A stretch of DNA of 51,051 nucleotides, the filler included, from Sphacelaria rigidula (lineage: Eukaryota), in assembly GCA_964200075.2 (NCBI GenBank). It is 3 parts of 3 records of this genome, joined end to end, with 100 filler letters (N's around TTAATTAATTAA, not from the genome) between each part and the next. Parts side by side here need not be neighbours in the genome. Positions count along the whole stretch, not along the records: positions 1 to 16,952 come from CAXNAA020001204.1; positions 17,053 to 34,003 come from CAXNAA020001205.1; 1 more part is not named here. One strand, 5' to 3'. The first letter of the stretch is position 1. Each line of letters opens with the position of its first letter. The position numbers and the translations under genes are program-made. This document shows, piece by piece, positions 11,845-22,720 of the stretch. The notes below the pieces were generated by a model that saw only the letters and a program-made list of their open reading frames with translations, searched no databases and was not told where the DNA came from.

Positions 11845-13653
11845 CAAGGGCAGGTCGAGCAGAGTATGCTCAATACTCAGTATTTTCGGAAAGTCATTGT
11901 TTTGGTACTCAAATTTTGAGAAGAGTATTTGGGGTCGTACTCGATCTACTCAAAATTCTGAGTAGAGTATTTGAGATCATACTCGACCTACTCAAAAATT
12001 GAGTACAGTATTGAGGTCATACTCAAGTGATACTCTATACGCAAGTATTACTGAGAGTGCTTCCTCAATATTTGAGTAGAGTATTTGAGGCCGTACTCGA
12101 TCTACTCACAATTTGAGTAGAGTATTTAAGGCCGTACTCGACCTGCTCAGACTTTGAGCAGAGTATTTGAGGCAGTACTCTACCTACTCAAAATTCAAGT
12201 ATAGTATTAAGGTCATACCCAACTGATAGTCTATACTCAAGTATTACTGAGAGTGCTTACTCAATATTTGAGTAGAGTATTCAAGGCCATACTCGATCTA
12301 CTCAAAGTTTGAGTAGAGCATTTGAGACCGTACTCGATATACTCACAATTTGAGTGGAGTATTCAAGGCCGTACTCGACCAACTCAAAATTTGAGTAGAG
12401 TGTTTTAGGCCGTACTCGACCTACTCAAAACTTGAGTAGAGTATTTGAGGCCGTGCTCGACCTACTCAAATTTTGATTAGAGTATTTGCGGTCTACCCAA
12501 TCTACCCGAAAGTTGAGTGGAGTGTCCGAGGCCAGACCCGATGCGCCGAAAAACTATAACTTCAACTTCAGTATTCAACTTCGTACGCAAGATACTCCCG
12601 GACCGAGGTATTCCCAAAGTTGCCCACCCATGACTTGTGCTGATTCAAGATCAAACTTCAGCAAACATTCGAATACAGTATATTCGAGAGAAAGCATTTG
12701 GATCAGAATCAAATGGTACAAAACTAGAGTAGAATAAATATTGGGGTATTGTCAAAGGGCGTTCGGATTGTACCACAAACTTGCTGCCCGGCGCCAGCAT
12801 ATCAAAGGCGTTGCGAGGTATCGAGTATGTACTGCCGTGGGTGGGGGCTGGTAAGATGGGGCGCTGGGGCAGGTAGATTCATTGTTCATTCACCTGCACG
12901 ATTTTTTTTATTTTTTATGGCCATCATTCGATCATACTCCTTGTAGCCTATCATGTAACGCCACCCATCTAATTGCTAGCCATCGTTCGCCCATGTATTC
13001 AACATAGTCTGTGAAGTGACGTCACGAAGTTGCCGACAGTCACAGATACTCACCATACCCAAGTGATACTCTATATTCAAGTATTACTGAGGGTGCTTAC
13101 TCAATATTCGAGTAGACTATTGGAGGTCGTACACGATCTACTCAAAAATTTGAGTAGAGCATGTGAGGTCGTACTCGACCTACTCAAAATTTGAGTAGAG
13201 TATTGAGGTCATATCCAAGTGATACTCCATACTCAAGTATTACTGAGAGTGCTTACTCGATAGTTGAGTAGAGTATGTGAGGTCGTACTCGATCTACTCA
13301 GAATTTGAGTAAAGTACTTGAGGCCATACTCAACCTACTCAAAATCTGAGTAAAGTATTTGAGGCCGTACTCGACCTACTCAAAAATTGAGCAGAATATT
13401 GAGGTCATACCCGAGTGATCATCTATACTCACGTATTACTGAGAATGCTTACTCAATACTTGAGTAGAGTATTTGAGGTCGTACGCGAACTCCTCAAAGT
13501 TTGAGTAGAGTATTTGAGGCCATACTCGACATACTCAAAATTTGAGTAGAGTATGTAAGGCCGTACTCGACCTACTCAAACTTTGAGTAGAGTAAATACT
13601 CGAGTGTTTTACTCGAGTGATCAAAAGTACATACTATACTCGACCTGCCCTTG
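11845..13653. mobile_element. Non-autonomous TIR DNA transposon (hAT-like) with internal palindromic tandem arrays
   Basis: 24-bp TIRs CAAGGGCAGGTCGAGCAGAGTATG / CATACTATACTCGACCTGCCCTTG match at 22/24. Degenerate 8-bp flanks CAAGTTCT / AAAGTTAC fit a TSD of the host repeat. Arrays lie at about 11900-12545 and 13050-13630 around a unique core. Confidence 0.75.
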
Positions 13654-16625
13654 AAAGTTACACAGAAATTGGAGGACCTGTCGGGTACGGCATGGTAGGC
13701 TTACAGAAAACCGGTGCCGGAAATCGGGTACTTTTACGGCATACCCGCCCCTCAGGTTAGAGTAAAACTTTTGTACAGCTGTGGTGGGATCTACGTCACT
13801 ACAACAGTGGCGAAATACAGCTGACAGTTCACGAAAAGCTGAACAGCTCCACGGGGTTTATAGAGAAAGACTACACGAATAATTGCAGTAGTACATGTGC
13901 ACCGGGTCGTCGACATCTACAGGCTTCACGTACACTCCCAGAGAGTACATAGAGGAGCATTCACGACTGTTCGTTCTCTGGAAGCCCTTCGGCGCGCGGC
14001 AAAATCGCCGACGGCCCTGACGACTTTCGGTGGCAGCTCATAGTCTGTGCTTTACATATCGATAATGGCCTGGGGTTTGATGACCACGACACAACCACCA
14101 TTAACGTCGATGACGTGTGTCTTGCTACTTGACCCCCTGGTGGCGCAGATGAACCGCCCCCGCTCGAGCCACCACTCGAGTCTGGGGTTGATCCATTCTG
14201 ACGGCCTGCAGTGCTGCTCATATTTCGCGTTTCCACTCAGCAGTACCTCGTATCCCGTCAGATCCCAAACTAAAGAACTATTCAACATTGAATTATTGTT
14301 GGTGTGCAGTTTTGAATGGAGGAATTCGGTGGGTTGATCAGTCAAACGTGCGAAGATACCAGCGAACAGCAATACCAAACTTTGCTGGGATTGGCATGAG
14401 CCAGTCCGTGAAGAACTGAACAGAAATCGACATTTGACCGTTCTTACTAGAAAACAATGCGCATGAAACGGTTTGCCGGTGGAAAACCTCGGATTTTCAT
14501 GGAGGAGAAACTCTCTGTGCCCCCGTTAGTGTAACATGCGCTTGCAAAAACTCTGTCGTCGTTCTTCAATACCTGGCAGGGGGACGGGGAAGCCACCCTT
14601 CCTCAGGTCTTGCAAGTCCTTTAAAATCGTGTTGAAGTAGTTGAGACAATCGAACTATTTAGTTTTCAGAGCTGTTGTATAATTCCGTGCATGCATATGT
14701 TGTTACGGTGACTTCTGTGCAGACAGACGACAGTCAGTACAGTAGAGCAACAAAAGCTAGCTATGATCGGGTTAGCCTGCCGTACTGCCGACAGCGTTGC
14801 TTGAAAGCCACAAGACCTTCGCGGTCGATTGCAGTATGGAGGCACTCCTATGCGCCACGCCATCAACAGTTAGGTCACCACCATAGATATCTTTTTTTCA
14901 CTCCGCATGTCAAGAAGGTCTCCACAAGTGTTTGATCTCTCATACACCCCCCCAACTGGCGTGTGGCACGCTCTTGTCGTCGCGCACCCAAAGGGTCACA
15001 TGTCGGGTAAAAGTAACGGTGAATGACACCCCCCAAGTTCGATTTGGATCTGTTATTGCCGCAGCACCGTCCTTGCTGGCATGTGTGTGACAGACAACAG
15101 TAGTGGTGACGGGAACATCGCCCTGTTTTTCAACGACGTTTTGTCCAGCGCACAGAGGCGCGTCCTGTCCAAAAAGAGGGGCAAAGAGAAATCGACATTT
15201 GCATTGGTGAGCTCCACATACAAGAAGAGACGAGATCCCTCCGCACCTCGACGTTCTTTGGGGAGCAATATAACATGCATACCGGCACATGAGAAATTCG
15301 GTAGAAGCTAGTAACATGCATGATGCCAGTCTCTCGAGCGATTGGTAATCGCCGAGCGAGAACACACAAAGAAGACGGACGAGGAGCTTCCTTTCTGTCG
15401 TTGCTTCTTTCTCTTGTGATATCGTCATCGACACGCGTATCCGCATTCGTTCGGTGCAACTAGCAACAACTGCTGGCCTGCTCTGGTTTCGCTTCGTGTG
15501 ACTGTTTTGCGTCACCCCTGCAACAAAGGTATGCCACTTGAACCTCGTTTTAGATATCAACCCCAAGAATCAGCATCCGCTGTTATTTCAACACCTGTCT
15601 GCAGGGATGCAACTTGAGCCGAAAAGTAACTGATATATTTAGATATATTACAAGATTTTCGTCGCTTCGCCCCACCGCTCCATGGAGCGTTACCTAAGGC
15701 AAAGGAGAATGCAGAATGCTCGGCGCTGAACACATGATTTAGGAACAACTTCAAAATGTAGACAGAAACATTATGTTCGAAAGAGGATAAGCCCCTGTGT
15801 GCGGGCTGGGGATCGCATGCACGACTTTGTCATTCGGGTTGTTCATAAGTCATTATGAAACCGCACGGAAAAGGCCCCTCACTTTCCCTCAATCACCGAC
15901 GAGAAAAAAATACAGAAAATGAAAAGCTCAACTGCGCAGAACTAATAGTCGTCGGTCAAAAGTCGTCAATGCGAAGACCTCACAGAAGACTCTGATTCTG
16001 TACTGATCCTGTGCAACACCAATGGTTGACTATACAGAACACACCATGGCTTAGGGTATATCGGCTGAAATGGTCCACTGGAGAACTCTCGGACCACCAC
16101 AATCCGAGGAAACGTGCCATCATGCACCCAAGGGGCTGCAAATAAGCGATGCACCCAAGCGCACTTCCGCGGTAATCCAGGCCCAAGTCTCGCGGGTCTA
16201 GTTCTGAATCGAATGAAGAAAAAGAACATAGTCCGACTGGAAACTCGGTGGAGACGCTGAATTCGAGATGCCTTCTGCGGAATTAACTCTCCTTTCTCTG
16301 GATAATCATTTTACATAAGAGATCACCAGCCCACGGAGCCCGAACACATTAAGACCTGCTGCTGACACCGCTATGCTCAGCAAGAGCGATCTCAGCCAAG
16401 GCGATGCCCTTGTCAGCGGTAATATTTGAGCACGTATTGGTGTTGAGTGATCAGTTCAAGGGTCGGGCGAATAAAATCGTGATCGTCCCATATTCAACAT
16501 ATGCACGAATCAATCACACGATTTACTCACAAAATGTGATTCGAACATGTTTTGGGCTCGTGATTCGTGGGACATTTTACGGTTGAAATAGACAACCAAC
16601 TACTCTACCGACCAGTCAGCGCTGA

Positions 16626-16952
16626 CTTGTCAGTAGTCTTGTTGGTTATCTCTTAATCCGTCACAAAAGTTAGTCGCTGGTTCGATTCCCGTCGGACGCA
16701 CTTTCTTTGAAGAAAAAAGAGGAGAGAAAACCTCTGATTAAAGATTGGTCCCAAGGAGAGAAAACCTCTGTAGAAAATTTGGCCCAAAAGAAAAGAGTGG
16801 GGTGTAGCCTGGTGGTTATGTTTGGAGTGTACTGCTAAGGACCCCAGTGTACACACTCTTGGAATGAGAGGGGGAGATGAGTAACTCTAGGGTATGGTGA
16901 GAAGTCACAACACTAGAGATCCTGATGGCAGTCGATAGAGCGCTGGCAAGGG
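16626..16952 (+). mobile_element. tRNA-derived SINE-like element; 3' end uncertain or cut by the contig end
   Basis: A-box-like TAGTCTTGTTGG (16634-16645) and B-box GGTTCGATTCC (16679-16689) at pol III spacing. No good cloverleaf. The body contains a duplicated GGAGAGAAAACCTCTG. Confidence 0.5.
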
Positions 16953-17052
16953 NNNNNNNNNNNNNNNNNNNNNNNNNNNNNNNNNNNNNNNNNNNNTTAA
17001 TTAATTAANNNNNNNNNNNNNNNNNNNNNNNNNNNNNNNNNNNNNNNNNNNN
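16953..17052. other. Artificial contig-joining spacer N44-TTAATTAATTAA-N44
   Basis: Exactly 100 bp, with a 12-mer giving stop codons in all six frames. Identical to 34004-34103. Confidence 0.98.
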
Positions 17053-17092
17053 GGGTTGGTGGGGGGGGTTTGGGGGGGGGGGGTGTGGTGTC

Positions 17093-17167
17093 GGGGGGCG
17101 TACTCATTTGTTGCTTGCCTTGGTCATTTGACCATTGACCACGCATCCCTTTCGAGACGGAGCACCG
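17093..17167 (+). repeat. About 75-bp poly-G-flanked interspersed repeat
   Basis: GGGGGGCGTACTCATTTGTTGCTTGCCTTGGTCATTTGACCATTGACCACGCATCCCTTTCG is nearly identical to 33937-33998. Confidence 0.85.
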
Positions 17168-17229
17168 AAGATGGGTCATTACTTAACTTTCCAAGGTCGA
17201 TTAGTGTATTCGCTTCTTGAATGTTTCCA

Positions 17230-17850
17230 TCGGGGAAACTTCGACCCAGTCGGACCCCCGTGAAACGGTAAAAAAAAAAAAAGGACTCGGAAAACCTCAT
17301 TTATCCAACGTTGCGTAATGATCCATAGCACAGTTGTGCAACCTCTCAGGGTCTGACTCCTTCAAACTACGTGACGTCTTTCGCGTTTGTGCGATGAACC
17401 TTGAGCTTTGCCGTGCCACCGTGAAACCGCAAACTATTTGATTTTAGTACGAAAATGGCGTTTTCGGGCTTTTTTTGACGTGAACATAAAATTTCAACCA
17501 TCAGGTAATCGATTTTTGCCACGAAAAATTGTGCGGCTTTTCCTTGAGTTATGCAGCGACAGCTCGTTCGCGAAGAAATAGCAAAAAAAAACGCAGTGCC
17601 GGTTTTCCGGGGTCCCAGAATGGAGACTTCGAGAAAACCCCTTAGATGTCGCCCCCGAAAAACGGTAAAAAAAAATCAAAAAGTAAAAAAAAAACTCGTT
17701 CATCGAAACTTGCGTAATGATACATAGCACATTTGTGCGAAGTTTTAGGATCTAACTCCTGTAGCTACGTGAAGGTTTGCGCGTTTGTGCGAGGACATGA
17801 GATTGAAACGTGCAACTCCCAACTACTTGGTTTCAGTATGAAAACGTCTT
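17230..17850. repeat. Two diverged direct repeats (about 17230-17465 and 17622-17850), likely subterminal repeats of a DNA transposon
   Basis: Both copies share the blocks AAACGGTAAAAAAAAA, TTGCGTAATGAT.CATAGCACA.TTGTGC, CTACGTGA and CGCGTTTGTGCGA. Confidence 0.7.
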
Positions 17851-17852
17851 TG

Positions 17853-18232
17853 TACGCGGAGCGAGAGCGGCCAAGCGTCCACAAGTATGCGCATTGACAG
17901 CCGACAAGCTTTTTCACAAATCTTCGAACAGCTGGCCGAGTTGAAGGACGCCAGCCTTAACCGTCACACCGCTGCGCCGTCGCGATCGGCCTCGGGTGCC
18001 TGGCACCAACCCAACCCCTTCGTTCGAAAATTCCATTCATCTCCAGAACGGCATCCGGCGTACGAAGGGGTTGGGTTGTTGCCAGGCACCCGAGGCCGAT
18101 CGTGACGGCGCAACGGTGTGACGGTCAAGGCTGGTGTCCTTCAACTCGGCCAACTGTTCAAAGATTTGTGAAAACGCTTGTCGGTTGTCATTGCGCATGC
18201 TTGTAAACGCTTGCCCGCTCTCGCCCCACGTA
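17853..18232. repeat. Long inverted repeat: 174-bp arms (17853-18026, 18059-18232) with a 32-nt loop
   Basis: The arms are reverse complements with scattered substitutions. The same peptide RQAFSQIFEQLAELKD.SL.RHT.APSRSASGAW.QPNPFVR appears on both strands in the ORF track. Confidence 0.92.
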
Positions 18233-19949
18233 GTGTTCACGTCGCGGATAATTTCCTTTATCTGCCGCCTGGCGACCGTATCCATAGCCGATGCGACTTC
18301 GTCTTGCTCGCGATCGTACCGTTCCTACTCCGCGATGTCATCAGGGGCACCGGCGTCGCCGTTGCCGAGGGCGACAGCCTGTTCATCCATCGGTACGCAG
18401 AATGCTCCCAGTACAAAGTACGGTATAAACTCAGGAAACGATGCGACCCATCTCAGAATGCTCACAGAGCAAAGTGCAGTCTTCCCGGTGTACCACCTTC
18501 AACACTCGCACTGCCTACAATCGAACAGTAAGATGGCTGGATGTTCAGGCCGCCGTTCTGCAGGCCTGCTACTACGTCTGCCTACCTATCTCTCAGCGTG
18601 TTGAATGGCAATCGCTTCGATGCGCGGCATCAGCGATACAGAGGTTCTACGCCCTGAGCCGTTCCGGTTCTGTTCGGTACTCGTCATCTCACATGTATCA
18701 TGATTTATGTGTGATTCAAGTTCATTCAATAATGCTATCGGAAATAATTTCGCTCCCAAAACACATATTCCCTTGATGAGGAATATTCCGCGATTTTGGT
18801 GAATTCTACGTCACGGCAAAAAAAATCATGTGATAGTTTCAAGTTTCTCGACCAAACTTGGTGTATGTGTCCCTTGGACTATTTCGGGACGCATCATGTT
18901 ATCCTTTTTCTGTCGAGGCATTCTGTACTGCCTTCCGGGGGTCTTTATACAGGGTCTCCCGGAAGTCGGTAGGAAACGGAGAAAATTTGAAATTTTGTCA
19001 AGAATGAATATTTTCCATTTGGAGTATCAATACCTACGGAATTGCCAACTTCAAGGATGATCCGAGCTTTTCTACTCCAGATGTAAGAGAAACCGTCACG
19101 AGGCTCCCTGGGTCTTTCGTGTGTATCATCAGTGGAAATTAGACGACAAGACTCCACATTACCGAAAAATCACGATTTCCGGTATAACTTGGCCCCGTTG
19201 TAACTGCTTTCAAATATGTTTCCCCCGTTATATTCCCGAGCTGATGGCGGTTACTACGATTTGAAACATGTGGAGTTTCGGTGAAAATTAGGCTTGGAAT
19301 TTGTGTTTTCAATTTCAGAACAATTTAAGGGGCGCTGATTGGTCGAAGAACCTTTTCGCCCTCAGCGCTACCAGTATGGCCCTGAACACAAATCCGGCTA
19401 TGTCACGCTCTTGAGCTGTCCATGGTGGTCAATATAATATCATGTATGCGATTATTGGGTAGGTATCGCGAAAGGTATTTGCCGATGACACAATTTTGGG
19501 TCATGAGCGCGAACCAGCTCGCAGGGGTCCCACCATGGTCTGGTCAAACGAGGTTGGCGACCCCCTGCTGTACACCATGGTGGAATCTTCACTGCACGTG
19601 CGTACTGCACTGCACTGTACTGTACAGCGCAGAACAGTATGGTACGGTAGGTAGTAGATCTATGTCGAGGAGTACCTACTGTACCTTCGGACAACAATTT
19701 AATTTGATATGTACGGGGATGTGTTGGCACAGCAGGCGATCGACAAATGCAGTCGTAGTATTACCGTGTGCAGTCAGTGCGGTGCTATATGAGGGCTACA
19801 TGAGCTACGCATGGTTGCCCTCGGTGAGCCACCAGACGTGGCTCATCCGCGCATTTTCGCCCTGGACGAGCTATCAGGCTCCGCTCATTTGCACATATTT
19901 GATCACAAGTGAGCAAACAGCCGGCAGATGGACAAGCTCACAAGCTGCC

Positions 19950-20450
19950 TAACGTGGGCAAGGTTGTCTACAACATGGAAGGTGATGATCTAGGACACGC
20001 TTTCCGTTCCAAACTTCTCCCCACGAATCGATCTCAGCACACGAGGTATGGCGAGAATGAATTATTGTCCAGCTCCTTCCACGCGCCAAGCAAACATCCG
20101 GTCTGCAAATCTCTATGCGCATCCACTTGATATTGAATAGGGTTCAGTCAATACCTGCTTACAGCCTAAGCCTGCTCCACACTCCTGCTCGATCACCCCT
20201 GAGACAAACAGTGGATCCTCATCGAGATAAAAACCTTAACGGGGGCATCCCTGTTTGGAGATCGATGAAGTCTGCGCAGGCTTCGTTTAGCTCTGCACAA
20301 GGATCTCTTTATTGAGGTGCCCCCTCTCGATGAGGGTGCACTGCTTGCTTCAGGGGTGATTGAGCACCAGGCGGGGGGGCTAGGCTGGAAGTGCATCTTC
20401 CCTAGACTCTAGCCAAGGTACGAGCGACTGGGCATGTGGTTATGCAGACC
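19950..20450. repeat. Unclassified interspersed repeat; diverged direct copy at about 29550-30045
   Basis: Shared blocks TTCCACGCGCC.AGCAAAC.TCCGGTCTGCA, GCTTACAGCCT.AGCCTGC, TCACCCCTGAG, CCCCTCTCGATGAGGGTGCACTGCTTGCTT and GAGCGACTGGGCATG. Confidence 0.8.
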
Positions 20451-21067
20451 AAATTTCCGTCCGGCACATGCTTGAGGGAGCCTCGGAGGAGCTGGAACCA
20501 GTAAAGTTCCATAATGGGGAAATCAGGCATGAGAGCACTGCCGGTGCGGGTTTAGCAAGCTTCCCCCGAAATGGGGTTCCACATCGCGGCGGGGTTCAAC
20601 CTGTCGTTTGATTTTGCACATTTGTATCGACCTGTTTGCAAAACGGAAGGATTTTCGGATCGTTTTTTTCTGTTGAAAGCTACGCAAGTGCGGCTAGGTG
20701 CACTCAATCAATGCGGTGTACACGTGTCGATGACGACGCCACCTGAGGTTCAATACCGGAGAGAAAGCCCCTCGCCCGCGTCTTTTGCGTGTCTTCGTTC
20801 AGCGATGCCCAATCGCTCGAGGTCGGCATCAGGTCACCGCCACATATGGATAACCCAAAAGGTCGGGTTGCCCAGAGTTTTACCGCACCTTGACTGATGC
20901 ATTCGTGGTTTGTGAGTAACGCTGGTCAGTGCAGATGTGGATTCCTTTTTGCCCCTCTTTTTGGGCAAGCCTTGCCTCTGCGCGCTACAGAACACGTGGA
21001 ATAACGAGGTGATGCTTCAATTACCGTTATGTCCTTGACATATACACACGTGCATCCAACAGACGGT

Positions 21068-21422
21068 CGCCCCGGTGGCTCAGTTGGTAACCTCGATACC
21101 TTCTGACGGCTAGGCCGTGGGATCGGATCTCGGTGCAGTCACACCATCTGGGTTTTTTCAATACACCATACAGCATCAAACGGTGGAGAGCGACCATGTC
21201 GTGGGTACACAAAGTTCGACTTCATGGCCGACGAGGGAAAAGGACCGCTGGACCCCTCTCGCGATAAAAAATAAGGCAAGCATCGCAGAAGGAAGGGGGA
21301 GAACTGAAACAAGGAGAAAAGGAGAAAAAAAACTCCTGTCTTCGCCTTCCTTCTGTATGACCCCGGCTGATTTGCCCACATATACCGAAAGGTTTAGACT
21401 GGAGTCCAGAATAGATGTGATG

Positions 21423-21455
<33 letters not shown>
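21068..21455 (+). mobile_element. tRNA-derived SINE with (CA)n tail, inserted in an older repeat
   Basis: A box TGGCTCAGTTGG, B-box-like GGATCGGATCTC and a terminal (CA)n run. The flanking sequence joins into a repeat that is uninterrupted at 32050-32110 on the reverse strand. Confidence 0.7.
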
Positions 21456-21457
<2 letters not shown>

Positions 21458-21619
21458 GTGCGCGAACAATGACCGTCCCGCGAAGATCTCATCGCGTGTG
21501 TGTGGGGGGTGCTGATATCGTTTATTTTGGCCGTCGCTTGATACCAGGACGATTGTACACATCTGGGTTGTGGGGAGGTCGTAAAAACTCCACCCGCCGT
21601 GGAGTTTTTTTGGCATGCC

Positions 21620-22720
21620 AAGTGAAACAAGATACCTCGGGCGGCGACTTAGCTGCTGCTGGCGTGGCCCACAAGAGGACTGGCATACTGTAACCTATGA
21701 GCTACAGCTATTTGACGCACCGGCGGTGCGGGTGGGGAGGGGTTGTGTTCACCTTTTTGACTCTGCGGAGACGATCATAAGATTTTGCCTGACGCAAGAT
21801 ATAGTTCCACCGGGAGCAAGGGTGTTATCGTAACATATGAAGTATCTGCGGTTCATTTGTGGCCCATGCCATCGAGCAATGACCGAAAATGTCTCATCTG
21901 AGACAGGTTGGGTCACCTTCCAAGGAGTGCAGCTGAGAGAAGCCCAGACATTTCACCCATCATTGACTGTACGCGAAGTGTTTTTTCTGTGCTTGTGGGC
22001 AGAAAGGATAGTTTTGATATTGGAACACTTGTCACAGCGTCCGGATGGCTGCGAAAGGCTGAACGAAGCCGGTTTCTGTCAGGCGAGTCTCTGCATATGG
22101 TATCTGGGAATCAGTATCGAGAAGGATTACACCCGTTTGTGTTCGGAAGAGTAAATTATCCGCCGGAAACGCTCAACAGGTGTGAAAACTACCTGTCGCT
22201 GAAATATTTCCCTAGGGTTCGACAAATGTGTGACCTCGTTTTGTCGACGCCTGACGGAAACCTAGAAAAGCGGCTTTGGTCAGCCTTTCGCAGCCATCCG
22301 GACGCTGTGGATAGTATTCCAATATCAAAACTATCTTTTTTGCCCCCAAGCACAGAAAAAACACTTCGCGTACAGTCAATGATGGGTGAAATGTCTGGGC
22401 TTCTCTCAGCTGCACTCCTTGGAAGGTGACCCAACCTGTCTCAGACCAAGACATTTTCGGCCAGTGCTCGATTGACATGGGCTACAAATGAAACGGCAGA
22501 TACTTCATATGTTACGATAACACCCTTGCTCCCGGTGGAACCATGTCTTGCGTCAGGCAAAATCTTATGATGGCCTTCGCAGGGTCGAAAAGGTGAACAC
22601 AAACCCTCCCCATCCGCACCGACGGTGGATCAAATAGCTGTGGCTCATAGGTTACAGTATGCCAGCCCCCTTGTGGGCCACGCCAGCAGCAGCTAAGTCG
22701 CCGCCCGAGGTATCTTGCTT
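21620..22720. repeat. Foldback inverted duplication: arms about 21620-22085 and 22247-22720, spacer about 160 bp
   Basis: Near-identical ORFs on opposite strands in the track (RYLGRRLSCCWRGPQ...; GHLPRSAAERSPDISPIIDCTRSVFSV). Confidence 0.92.

Noticed and set aside
11900-13630. CRISPR array
   Set aside because: The palindromic units are contiguous with no unique spacers, are bounded by TIRs, sit in a eukaryotic context and have no cas genes nearby.
16626-16700. Functional tRNA-Asp gene
   Set aside because: A and B boxes are present, but the acceptor and anticodon stems do not pair well and the sequence runs into a SINE-like body.
16997-17008. TTAATTAATTAA as a biological motif (also at 34048-34059)
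   Set aside because: It is centred in N runs and is a standard six-frame-stop linker.
21068-21145. Functional tRNA gene
   Set aside because: The B box is degenerate, there is no cloverleaf, and it continues to a (CA)n tail.
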